Source: Perkinsela sp. CCAP 1560/9
Lineage: Eukaryota > Protista > Euglenozoa: Kinetoplastea
DNA length: 64,000 nucleotides
NCBI GenBank assembly: GCA_965644495.1
Contig: CBFFSA010000001.1
Coordinates: 3,038,001 to 3,102,000, forward strand
Direction: 5' to 3'
Position 1 is the first letter of the stretch, and each line of letters opens with the position of its first letter. Of the stretch, positions 1 to 10,463 are shown in pieces. A program made the position numbers and the translations under genes. The notes beneath the pieces are model-generated. The model saw only the letters and a program-made list of their open reading frames with translations. It was not told where the DNA came from and did not search any database.

Positions 1-957
1 AGCCCAAGGCTTCGTCAAAAAGGACTCTTAAGTAGGGGGGTACCCCTTGGACTATTAAGTACGGGGGTACAGTACATGTATTGATTTTTCCTCTCTCGAA
101 AATTTTCTATCTCTGACTTTTTTGTTTCACCATGCAAATATTAGTGGGACAAAAATTAATATTTGTATGCGTCCTACACTTACACAATGAATGGAACCAT
201 TAAAAAATTTTGGACGACAGTAAAAATTCAGTGTAATTAGTCTTTGGGAAAATTCGTTGGATTTCTTCGTCGCAAAGGTCGGAAACAACTGAAGAAGCAT
301 CACCGCTGAGTCCGGGGGTGGTTTTAGTTGAAAGCAGGTTGTAGTTACACGGACCAACATCCCCCCCCGAGGGAAAACAACTAGAATGTGACGAGTTCAC
401 ATTCGAAATTCGTTCGATTTTGGAAAGCTAAACCAAACCGTTGACTTCCGAAATAATCGTCCAAGCATGCTAGCGTCGTACCGAGATATTGTCACCAGAA
501 ATCGCTTTCGAGAATCGCGATTATTCCCTGTACGGGTAATTTTCTTGACGTAAACAAAACTTGCAATTTTTTTACTCGCAAAAACTATCCAACCTTCATG
601 GCTGGACACACCTCTTTTTCATCTTCGAAAGGCCTTCGTGAGCACTATCTGTGGGTATGAAAATACGTCGCTACGAAAAGGAGAATACAAGGGTATAGCT
701 CTGCAACTGCCATTGTTAGAGTTCGATGACACCGTCAATCAGGCAGCCAATGAATTGCAAAGGTACCACGGTCAGCTACAAGGACAGGGAATTGGGAAGA
801 ACGAACGAAGGGCGCATATCCTTTTCGAACTTTCTCGACGAATATCCTAGATATCAGTGAACAGAATAGAGTACTCCTTCCCGAAGAGGAATCGCATATT
901 GTACTGTGAGAACTTATTCGGTCTATAAACGTTGGACTTCCTGCCACCTGGACAAGC

Positions 958-2571
958 CTACTGCCACCTGGACTTTCGAATCCATTCTTTAAATACCCCA
1001 TAGGATCTGAACTCTTTCACTGCGTCGGAATATTCGTTGGACTCATCTTTCATTTCTCCTCTTGTCGGACCCGTAACAGGGCACGTACGAAGGGTGCGGC
1101 TTATTGTCAGTGACTCACTCGACGCATACTTCCAGGCTCTGTCCTTCATTTTCTCGGAGCTCACTGTGCTATGTGAGCTAGGACAGTTTCTACGTTTTCT
1201 CGTCGCACCCATTAACATACCGTGTTTGGAGTCAATACGCTCATACAGGGGTGGCACATCTCGCGACCACAGCTCCGAATATGAACGCAAGGACAAGGGG
1301 ATCCCCTCGTGTATACAATCTACGCAATCCCGAAAGCAGGGTACCGAACCGACCACCGCTATACTTCGCAATGTCGAAGACGACGATGCATGGGTCCATA
1401 GCACATCGCTATCATTTTCTTCCCTTAACCTGCATTTACTGTTCCTCTCTCCTTTCCCTGCTCCAGAAAGTCTTCCCCAGAAAGCTCTCTCCAGTGCCGG
1501 TCGCTCCACAAGTTCGGAATGTGTCGTATGGACCACGAGGTACTCTAAATTGAGTTTTATGCCGCACAACGCTAGCAGAGCTCCCTGCAATCCCACAACT
1601 CCCCATTTGGCGATCTTATCCGAGCACGACATGCTGTGGCTGGGATGCCCACGACCGGGTTTCGTACGGACCAGTCCGGGGAGGAAATCGGAGGGATCGC
1701 CATGGGGAGCAATCATCTGGTTGTGGAGGGCATGGGCCCCCGTGGTGGGTCGTTTGCGGAGAGTACCGCCGGGTGGGCAAGTAGCTCCAGAACGCAGTTT
1801 CTCCGGATGAACGCTCTCTACAGGGATGTTATCCCATTCTTCACTCGTCTCTTTTTCCGCACTCTCACCTGAGACAATCTTTATTTTCCTTTTCTTGACG
1901 CTCCCTCCATCGATTTGGACATCATCCTCAAATTCCCTACCCGTCTCTTCTCGTATCTCCGGGACACACGCATCCCCACACGGGGGGTGGGATACGTACA
2001 ACACCCACCCGGTCGATGGAAGGCCATCCCTTTTTTCCTCTTTTCGTTTCAATGCGACATGCAGCAGTGCTCTCCGTGCTAACACCTCAGCATGACTATC
2101 CCGTAGAATATGAGAATACAAACCACCGGGGACGTTCCCCACACAACGAGATCCGGTACCCATACTGTGAACGATAGGAATTATTTTGGATGCTTCTGGA
2201 TCTGTTTGATTATTATTCGCATTCATTTTCTCTTTTCTGTGATACGTCTCTGGACTATTCAGATCCTCATGATGCTTTGTTTTCTCTTCTTGTTCATGAT
2301 TGGTTTCTGGACTGTTTGGGTTGTGATTCACTTTCTCTTTCTTATGATTGGTTTCTGGACTCTTCGTATTTTTATGATTATTGATGTTCTCTTCTTCTCT
2401 TTTATGATTGGTTTTACGTGAAACATGTACCAGCGCGGCTAGAATGGTACCCGAGGGGGTTGGGGTTCTGAACTCTGGGATTGTGTTATAATGATGTCGA
2501 ACACAGCGGACAATGGCACGGGTGTCCTCAAGAGTAAGGGAAAGGGGGAAGGTACTCGGGGTGGCTTTCAT
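958..2571 (-). CDS. ADAT1: tRNA-specific adenosine deaminase (ADAT1/Tad1-like)
   Basis: Motifs DSHAEVLARR, YVSHPPCGDA, RTKPGRG, SMSCSDKI.KW...GLQGALL; no dsRBD seen; low-complexity insert (NSPETNH repeats). Confidence 0.85.
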   Translation of the reverse strand: MKATPSTFPLSLTLEDTRAIVRCVRHHYNTIPEFRTPTPSGTILAALVHVSRKTNHKREEENINNHKNTKSPETNHKKEKVNHNPNSPETNHEQEEKTKHHEDLNSPETYHRKEKMNANNNQTDPEASKIIPIVHSMGTGSRCVGNVPGGLYSHILRDSHAEVLARRALLHVALKRKEEKRDGLPSTGWVLYVSHPPCGDACVPEIREETGREFEDDVQIDGGSVKKRKIKIVSGESAEKETSEEWDNIPVESVHPEKLRSGATCPPGGTLRKRPTTGAHALHNQMIAPHGDPSDFLPGLVRTKPGRGHPSHSMSCSDKIAKWGVVGLQGALLALCGIKLNLEYLVVHTTHSELVERPALERAFWGRLSGAGKGERNSKCRLREENDSDVLWTHASSSSTLRSIAVVGSVPCFRDCVDCIHEGIPLSLRSYSELWSRDVPPLYERIDSKHGMLMGATRKRRNCPSSHSTVSSEKMKDRAWKYASSESLTISRTLRTCPVTGPTRGEMKDESNEYSDAVKEFRSYGVFKEWIRKSRWQ

Positions 2572-2742
2572 ACATGCGTATGTTATGAAAACATGCGCGT
2601 AGGAGAATAATGAGATTCGGAAAATAGATGTGTTCGGTTTCTACGGAACAGGGAAAGTCAAAAAAAAATACTTAGGTAAGAGGCATGAATCAATTTTTTA
2701 CATAAAATACCGCATTTAAAGAACTGAGGATTCTTTTGGAAA

Positions 2743-4731
2743 TTATAGAATATCGTCTATAAGCGAGGTTGAATGATACGTCGATTCTTTCGGCTTGGTA
2801 CTCTCCAGCAACTGTGTTGGAAAAGAGGCAGAGGGCAGGCCGTCCTGAATTCCCTTATTCGGATCCTCTTTAGAAGGAAAAGGTGGCATTGCTTGTAGAA
2901 TAAGCGGCAGTGAATTGTGACGGCAAAGAACAGCGCACTCATGGGCTCTCTGTTGCACCTCCGGACTCGCATCCCCGCGGGCCGCGTAAAAAAAGGTCTC
3001 AAGACTATGTCGAAGTTCGGGATCGGGGAACATGAGGTAAAATTTAAGCAAGCAGCTGAGCACTCGGCTCCGTAAACGAGGTGTCGCGTCGGGGTACACC
3101 AAGTACAGTTTTCGAACCTGATCCTGAACAGTAAATTTCAGTGGAGTCGATGCCAGTTTTCCATACTCGCCCAGAACAAACGCACAAAGCGAAATCAATG
3201 CCTCAGGAGGTGAGCTCGATGCCTCAATTTGCGACAAGCTTTCCAGAGCCATCTCCACGGCACATTTTCGCATAGTACCCTCACGTGTGAGAACGCGGCA
3301 GAAGTGTTCCCACACCTCCTGGCTGTTGCTTCCTAACGTGTGCACGACGTGAAACACAATGTTCACGTACCAATTCGGATCAGCCCGGTGTTTATCAATA
3401 ATCGGTAGGATCGCGTGGATCGCACATTTTTGTAAATCATCGGATGCGCTAGTCTGTGCCACGTCTAACAGCTCCCCGACAATCTCAGGGGCGTTTCCTA
3501 CATTACACACCGCGGGAAGTGCCTCCATAGCTCGGCGCAGGACGAAACTGTCAGTGTCCTTTAGCCCAGCTAAAATCGCACTTTGGTACGACGAAAGGGC
3601 ATGAAACGGATCCCCAGTTCGACACGCTGCGAAACGGGTTAACAGCCCAAACCCAAGAGTGCGTAGATTCGCATCTTTGATGTGGGACGAACGGAGAAAC
3701 CGACCCAGAAGCCCCCCAACGGCTTTGATCAGATCGGGATTGCTGTCCTGGTGAATGACGACTCGAATGGCCTCGATCACTACGCTGTTCATCGCGTTAG
3801 CTCGATTTGAGGACCCACGTGAGGAACTTTTCCCTGCTCGATTCTCGATAAAAAGTTTGTTTCCGGCCTGGAGAATTCGTGCGAGTAACGCATCAATTTT
3901 TCCTTCCATATTCACATCCGAACCCGGCGGGAGTTTGGCCAACACACGCAGTGCTCGAACTTGCAGCCAGGGAGCGGGAATACCGAAGTACGTGTAGTCC
4001 GGCTCAGACTCTTGTTTCAGTATAATACGTTCTAGTACAGCATAAATCTCTCTTCGGATGGCAGCAGTAAGCTCACCGTGCTCCGCAGATGAGCTCCCTG
4101 AGGTGTAAAGCTCCTCAAATAATGCAAAGCAGGCGTTCAACACACCATAGCCTCCATTTTCGGGAAGTGGTATCAAACTCTGCGCTACGGGAAGCAGATC
4201 TACATGTCGGGGATCGCGCCGGTGAAACCCAACAAACGTTAGGATCGCTTTTTTCCGCGAACCCGATGACGTATTGATTGAGGTCGCTAGCCGTGCGATG
4301 TCATGGGAGAGAGCATCCAGGAAATCTGGACAGGGGAGATTGGCAGCAGCTGTGAGGGCTACACACTCAAAAGGCTCCTTGCCGGAGTTCAGGTCATTTC
4401 GAAGCTGATTCACCAACAGAGTGAGCATGTCGTCTTTTTCAGTTAGTAGAAGACTACAGGCGAGGTACCCGACGTACTTGGCATGAGGCTGGGTGCTACA
4501 GATCAGACGAATGGCCTCAATGTGTCCAAACTCAACATCGTACCCCATCATGGAGATGTAAAGCAGTTTACATACACATTTCTTGCGCTCATACTCGGTG
4601 AGTTGGGTTCCTTTTTGGAAGCGGGAGCGAATTTTGGCTAATTCTTGTTCCACGCGGTTTTTCTCTCCCGTCTCGTTTCCGGCCAGTCGCCGGACGTCCG
4701 CAATGAATGCTGACAAACCACGCATATCCAT
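2743..4731 (-). CDS. AP2A: AP-2 complex alpha subunit (alpha-adaptin), trunk only
   Basis: MRGLSAFIADVR N-terminus, KLLYISMMGYDVEFGH, YTYFGIPAPWLQV, EVQQRAHEC; likely start MDMRGL at 4731 (ORF open to 4884). Confidence 0.88.
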   Translation of the reverse strand: MDMRGLSAFIADVRRLAGNETGEKNRVEQELAKIRSRFQKGTQLTEYERKKCVCKLLYISMMGYDVEFGHIEAIRLICSTQPHAKYVGYLACSLLLTEKDDMLTLLVNQLRNDLNSGKEPFECVALTAAANLPCPDFLDALSHDIARLATSINTSSGSRKKAILTFVGFHRRDPRHVDLLPVAQSLIPLPENGGYGVLNACFALFEELYTSGSSSAEHGELTAAIRREIYAVLERIILKQESEPDYTYFGIPAPWLQVRALRVLAKLPPGSDVNMEGKIDALLARILQAGNKLFIENRAGKSSSRGSSNRANAMNSVVIEAIRVVIHQDSNPDLIKAVGGLLGRFLRSSHIKDANLRTLGFGLLTRFAACRTGDPFHALSSYQSAILAGLKDTDSFVLRRAMEALPAVCNVGNAPEIVGELLDVAQTSASDDLQKCAIHAILPIIDKHRADPNWYVNIVFHVVHTLGSNSQEVWEHFCRVLTREGTMRKCAVEMALESLSQIEASSSPPEALISLCAFVLGEYGKLASTPLKFTVQDQVRKLYLVYPDATPRLRSRVLSCLLKFYLMFPDPELRHSLETFFYAARGDASPEVQQRAHECAVLCRHNSLPLILQAMPPFPSKEDPNKGIQDGLPSASFPTQLLESTKPKESTYHSTSLIDDIL

Positions 4732-4947
4732 TTTATGGCACTGTGTAAGGAGTGAGTAAGTGTAAGAAAAAGACTCTAAATGCAATGTAGAATATTTTAG
4801 CAAAGAGAGGATATGTGGGTAAGAGAGCAATTTTGCTTTCGATAAGATGTACCCTGCCATACATTGGGCATTCAGAACATTCAAGGGGGGTTAAAAACTT
4901 GATTCATAAAGGGAAAGAACAAAAGAAATTTACTTTACTTCAGAAGA

Positions 4948-6093
4948 TTACTCATTATTGCATGTAGATTGATTTACTAATTGGTTGATATGATTCGACA
5001 AGGCAAGTAATTCATTGATTTCCAGATGAGAGGCACAACTTCGTAACCGTTCAAAATTGCAAACCATTCTCCTGCTGCGCACGTACTTGACGTAGTAAAA
5101 ATACGTGAAGGCACCCATGAGAAGCTGGCAGTCCATCCTATCCGTCATTCCTCCATGTCCTGGGATAAGATCACTAAAATCTTTTAGTTTGAAAGCACGT
5201 TTGAAACCACTGGCAAAAAACCCAGCGGCAGGCGCGATCAAGGACGCAAAAGCTGCTAAACTTAGTGCATGCAGCTGCACGGGGCGAAACGTGAAAACAC
5301 TTTCGCCTCCCCCACAGCCAAGGAATAACTTAGCGAAAAAATGAAGCATACGGTGCTCAATTATTATTTTTTGGGGTAGAAAAGTCAGCGGTATGTCGCT
5401 ATACACAGGGCTACTAAAATCTTTAGTTTCGCATACGAGGGATGGAAATTGACTTAAAAAGTCAGAAAAGAACCATGCCCAAGCAATTGTGAATAAACAG
5501 GCTCCCGCGAAACCTTCGAGAGTTTTATTCGGAGATAAATGCGACAGTCGAGTTCTTCCGAATAGTTTTCCGCATACATACGCAAAAATATCATTCACAA
5601 CCACACAGCTACAGGGAAGGATAAACCAAAACATCCCTTGTAGCATATTCGGTACCACGAGAGAACTCTGTACATTAATAAAGAGCAGAGTGACAGTGAC
5701 CCAAGTAAGGTGTTCAAACTGGGAGCGGATGAGTCCTTTGCGAAGACTCACTACAAACATGAGAAACCCGATCAAGTATGTGACAAAAGTAAGAAAGTGA
5801 AAATGCTCATAAAAATGTATCGCTTCCGGCCACGAGGCTACCAGTTGAGGTCGCAGATTCATTAACGTGAGAGAAACCGACGTGATGAGCAAAAGATAGT
5901 CCGGAAGAATGCGAAACAGCAGGACTTGGCTTGCGCGTTTCTGACTGTTACTGACGGCGGTAATTTCGTGAAACATGCGCAACTGGATGAGTAGAACGAA
6001 AACTATGGTGGGAAGAGTCCCAAGATACAGGATAACGCCGAAACCTGCCACCATGAATATGGTGAGCAACAGCCTCTTCCAGAATTCGTGCAT
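4948..6093 (-). CDS. CDS: Phosphatidate cytidylyltransferase (CDP-DAG synthase)
   Basis: ND.FAY..GK.FGRT.L..LSPNKT.EGF and SGFKRAFKLKDFSDLIPGHGGMTDRMDCQ signatures; multiple TM segments. Confidence 0.95.
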   Translation of the reverse strand: MHEFWKRLLLTIFMVAGFGVILYLGTLPTIVFVLLIQLRMFHEITAVSNSQKRASQVLLFRILPDYLLLITSVSLTLMNLRPQLVASWPEAIHFYEHFHFLTFVTYLIGFLMFVVSLRKGLIRSQFEHLTWVTVTLLFINVQSSLVVPNMLQGMFWFILPCSCVVVNDIFAYVCGKLFGRTRLSHLSPNKTLEGFAGACLFTIAWAWFFSDFLSQFPSLVCETKDFSSPVYSDIPLTFLPQKIIIEHRMLHFFAKLFLGCGGGESVFTFRPVQLHALSLAAFASLIAPAAGFFASGFKRAFKLKDFSDLIPGHGGMTDRMDCQLLMGAFTYFYYVKYVRSRRMVCNFERLRSCASHLEINELLALSNHINQLVNQSTCNNE

Positions 6094-6615
6094 GGAAACA
6101 AACTGTTGGGCGAAACGTAATCAACGGCTCCTGTGACAAACAACGCGATAGATATAGAAGAGTATAGAATAGGAAATTTACTAAGCCATGATCCTCATTC
6201 GACTAATAACGCTAATACAAAACACAGAAATGTAGAAGAGTGTCGAATACTTCGTTAAATTGACGTCCAATATCCCTTGATTTTGAATATTTGCGGGACA
6301 TTTACTAAGTACGGGGAACGGCACCAAGCGTTCTCACAACGAAACAGTTTCTTATTTCTGTGTCTTATCTATGATGTCTCACGCTCCAGCGCTTTGCTAG
6401 TACGTATGGCAAACAACTCTGGTCCCCAGTTTGACTCATTGCAGATGCTTTAAAGGAATGCTTTTGAGGGTTACCTTTTGCTAGTAACCTTTTGAGTAAG
6501 AAATCATGGAATCAACTACTCCGTTGTTTGTCCGCCTTGTTGATCATGGTGAGAAGCTGCTTTTATTCGGTTTGGTCTCGTACTTCATCGTTTTACAGCA
6601 GGTAGTGTTGAAAAC

Positions 6616-8883
6616 TCAGAGTGGTTCAGGTGACGATTCGCGTTCCATGTCCTCGATTTCCGCAGTGCCGACATCGGATACTAAAAGCGGATGCGAAGTC
6701 TCTTCTTCTCCACCGTTGCCCGAAGGTGGGGTTCCATCCGATTCCGGTTTGTGCATAAACTCTACAAGATCATTCTTCGTAACTATACCGAGTAGAGCGC
6801 CGTTCTTGGTTATCAACACATGATGTACTCCAAGTGAGACAAAAAGTTGCAACAAACGCGAAACTGAATTCTGATAGTGCAACACAAGAGGGGAGTAGTC
6901 CATAAACTGTGCCAAATTCAACACCCCCGCCTCACTCGAATGCGTCAATCCCTCCTCACCTTCCTTAAAATTCACCACATGCGAAGAAACATCTCCCTCT
7001 GCACCCTTTCCAGCATTCTGCAATTCCCTCCACAAGTCTCTTCGCGTGATATACCCCAAAAGCTGCCCCGTTGCCAAAACCACCGGATACCCCCGATAGT
7101 CACACCTCTGCACCACCCCCCGCAGCTCCCCCACCGTCACCCCCCCCGCCCGCACCACACACATCTCCCGGCTCAACAACCCCATCTGCCCCACGGTGGT
7201 GGGGCCCTCCACACTCGCGCCGGGGGGGAGAAACGGGTACCGCATCGCCGCGAACTGCTCCTCGTAGATCGACCCCACCCCGAGCCAGGCCCCGAACGCC
7301 TTGGCGGCCATAATCGCCACCGCGCACGGCACCAGGTACTCAAGCCCCCCGGTCATCTCGAACGCCACCACCACCAGGCTCACTGTCATCCGGGACACCC
7401 CCGCGAGCACGGCCAGGGACCCCACGAGCGCGTAGATCCCGGGGTGCACACACGCGACGCCGTGCTGGCAGGCTGCCGGGAGCACGGACTGCGGGAGGAG
7501 CGCGACCTGGGCTTTTCGTAGCGCGATCCCCAGCGCTCTCCCCATCGCGCCCCCGATGAAGAGGGAGGGGACGAAGACCCCCGCGGGGAGGGGGGCGCCG
7601 TAGGTGAGGGCGGTGAGCAGGGTGGCGACGAGAGCGGTGAAGAGGAGTTGGAACAGCACGGCGCCCTCGTGGGGGTCGCAGAGGCCGTGGAGGTGGTGCC
7701 GGGAGCAGCCGTGGTAGGTCGCGGAGAGGAACTCGAGGGGGTTGCCCGTCATAAAGGGGTTGGAGAAGTTAAAGAGGGCGGTGAGGAGGGTGAGGAGGGC
7801 GACCTCGGTGGTGGGGTAGCGCCGGAGGGGGGTGGAGTGGCGGAAGGAGGTCCAGCGGAGGTTGAGGTAGGTGAGGGCGCTGCCGAGGGCACCCCCGAGG
7901 AGACCGAGGAGGAGGAAACCGGAGAGTTCGAACCAGTACCAGGCGTGGCGGTAGTCGACTTGGAACATGGTAAGCTTGCCGGTGTGGGTGGGGTCGATGC
8001 GTTGGAGGAGGATGGCGGCGGTGACACAGCAGATCAGGGCTTGGTGGAGAAGGCGGTGGGTGAAGAAATAGGAAATCTCCTCGATGCTGAAAATCACCCC
8101 ACCGATGGGAGCTCCGAAGGCTACACTGATGCCAGCACCCGCGGAGGCCGCAATGAGGTCACGGTATTTCGTCTCACTGTCGCGTACGGCGGGGAACAGT
8201 CGTGAGGTGACGTGACCCAAACAGCTGGCAATGTGAACAAAGGGACCTTCCTTGCCAATGCGCAGGCCGCTGCCTACGGAGAGGCAGAGCCCCAGAACCT
8301 TAACGATCAGTGTACGCAACGATAACAGGTGTTTAATGTTGGTCCCGGAGACGATCATTTTGAGTTCTAAAATACCCCCGCCTGCGGCAAAAGGGGCGTA
8401 CCATTGGACTAAAACAGAGCTCGACACGGCCATGACGACAGAGAGTAAGACGTAGATAAAACCTCGGAGTGCAAAATCTGAGGCGTGGTTGTGGTCCAAC
8501 AGCGAGCCTTTTCCCCATGTTGCCCATTCCGTACATTTCGCGACGTGCTGACCGACATATCCCATACAGCACTCATTTCTGGGGAGCCAAAAGAAATCTT
8601 GGCAAACACCGGTTTTCAGATCACCCAGCCAGCGACTCGTCACGTCCACGAAGGAAGCAACAACTCCGCACAAAACACCTGTTAGGATCAAGGTGAGCAA
8701 AAGTTGTGCGTGGTGTCCTGAAAGACCCCAAGGCAATCTTTTACTGGAACTACGGTCAGATGCAACGTGTCTTGTGCCCTCTAGTTCCCGGTGATGAACC
8801 CAATCCAAGTGGGTCCAGTTCTGCGGCATCCGTCCAGGGGTCCGCAGTATCCATGTTTTCAACGCATCGAGACTAAATACCAT
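6616..8883 (-). CDS. CLC family chloride channel/antiporter (CLC-3/4/5/Gef1-like) with CBS domains
   Basis: GGGILE, GKEGPFVH, FGAPIGGVIFSIEE, PAGVFVPSL, GIYALVG, C-terminal CBS pair. Confidence 0.93.
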   Translation of the reverse strand: MVFSLDALKTWILRTPGRMPQNWTHLDWVHHRELEGTRHVASDRSSSKRLPWGLSGHHAQLLLTLILTGVLCGVVASFVDVTSRWLGDLKTGVCQDFFWLPRNECCMGYVGQHVAKCTEWATWGKGSLLDHNHASDFALRGFIYVLLSVVMAVSSSVLVQWYAPFAAGGGILELKMIVSGTNIKHLLSLRTLIVKVLGLCLSVGSGLRIGKEGPFVHIASCLGHVTSRLFPAVRDSETKYRDLIAASAGAGISVAFGAPIGGVIFSIEEISYFFTHRLLHQALICCVTAAILLQRIDPTHTGKLTMFQVDYRHAWYWFELSGFLLLGLLGGALGSALTYLNLRWTSFRHSTPLRRYPTTEVALLTLLTALFNFSNPFMTGNPLEFLSATYHGCSRHHLHGLCDPHEGAVLFQLLFTALVATLLTALTYGAPLPAGVFVPSLFIGGAMGRALGIALRKAQVALLPQSVLPAACQHGVACVHPGIYALVGSLAVLAGVSRMTVSLVVVAFEMTGGLEYLVPCAVAIMAAKAFGAWLGVGSIYEEQFAAMRYPFLPPGASVEGPTTVGQMGLLSREMCVVRAGGVTVGELRGVVQRCDYRGYPVVLATGQLLGYITRRDLWRELQNAGKGAEGDVSSHVVNFKEGEEGLTHSSEAGVLNLAQFMDYSPLVLHYQNSVSRLLQLFVSLGVHHVLITKNGALLGIVTKNDLVEFMHKPESDGTPPSGNGGEEETSHPLLVSDVGTAEIEDMERESSPEPL

Positions 8884-9458
8884 GGAGTGTCAAGGACGCA
8901 ATAAGTAGCAAGGATGTAATAGATGGATACAACCGACAAAAGAAGCGACGCGATTCAGAAACGGTAGGTGTGCTCCGATTAAAATTTTAGAACATCTCAC
9001 TCAATGCGCAATATCCTGGAGAATGAGCAAGTGCATCGTTGAAGCGCATAGGACGTCCCCGGCGTACAGAAAATGCAGAGAAGATCGTGTCATACGTTTT
9101 AAGTTTAATATTTGAAAAAATGATTGGAGCTTTGGTCTGCAGACTCTATTAGACTCTGACAATAGTTAAAAAGCGAAAAACTAATATGCTACAAAGAAAT
9201 GTACTTCTCGACAGGTCATCCTCATTTTCCCTCTCTTTGTCTTTATTGTACTATCCCGTTCTCTGAGGAAAATTGCTTTTTGAAAATTGTTGGAAAATGA
9301 AGGATGATAGAAAGAGTGGTTAAATATTTTCTGTCTTTTACGAAAAAAATGAATTTTTAGTTTTCAGTATGTTCTGAAATTTTGATAGCCCCGTGACTTT
9401 GTTCATCAAGAAATTTCAGAAAGCAATCAGAAAAATGTGCAAAGTCAGGGGGTACATA

Positions 9459-9670
9459 CAGTATGCAAAAAAACTGTTCACATGTTTGACACTTTTTTGT
9501 TGGTGGTGTTTCCCTGTGGCCAGGTGTCGTGTGCATTGAAGTAGTATATCAGAGTAGTGTACGCGTGGGTACTAGGTATATGTTGCCATAGAGCTTCCGA
9601 CTCAATCGGCTTTGTAACAAAAGTGTGATCGTATGCAAGTAAAGAAAAACATGTGAACAGTTTTTTTGCA
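9459..9670. mobile_element. MITE related to the Tc1 family at 41538-44226
   Basis: ~24-bp inverted repeats (tgcaaaaaaactgttcacatgttt); left end ta|cagtatgcaaaaaaactgttc resembles cagtcagcaaaaaaaccgttc. Confidence 0.55.
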
Positions 9671-10463
9671 ATTTCGAGTTAAGATTTTTTAGGCGAAAAA
9701 CACAATTTACTGATGCATAAAAACGGAGTATGTACCTTCAAATGAATACTAGCGGAACTCTTTCTTGTGCCTTGATTGATGTCTATATGCGCCTACGCAT
9801 GTAGTCGACCAAGGAATGGCTTAACCTTGTGATATGCTTGCTCATTTCTATTTGACATGACTTTAGAGCTCCAGAACACCTGTGAATCGAGTTGCGCGAC
9901 TTGCAATTGTTCTTTTTGGATGTTCTCTGTATGTGTTCTGGGGCTCCGAGGTGCGCCGAATGGGCTGTACATTCTAAAATCGTGTAAATCTCATTAACAG
10001 AGAAGATCTTCGTCAACTTGCGACGCGAACTCTCCTCCCCCGTTCATCTCTGGCGAATTCAGATCCCCATGTAATCCACTCATTTTGAGCGGCTAAGGGC
10101 ATGTGTGGCATTATTCTTCATTATTAGCGTATGCAAAATCAACGAACAGTTCAGTATTCGTGGTCCTTTGAAGCAGTACAATCTTACTAGTACCGTTGAG
10201 TGATATGCAGCACTATCAGGCCACCACACTCAATGGTACCTTGGGCAGTACACTCATCAAGACCTTTCGTTAGGAAAGGTTCGAATTCGTTAAGAATTCA
10301 CGGCAAAGCCCCAAGTCAACCTTAAAAAATGTAAGTAGAAACTTGTAAAAAGTATGAACTTGTAAAAGTGTGAACTTTTAAAAACGTAAGCATGAACTGA
10401 AAAAGGACTTTGATATATGAAAAAATACGATACTGATTTGATTTCAACCTTTTTAATGAGATA

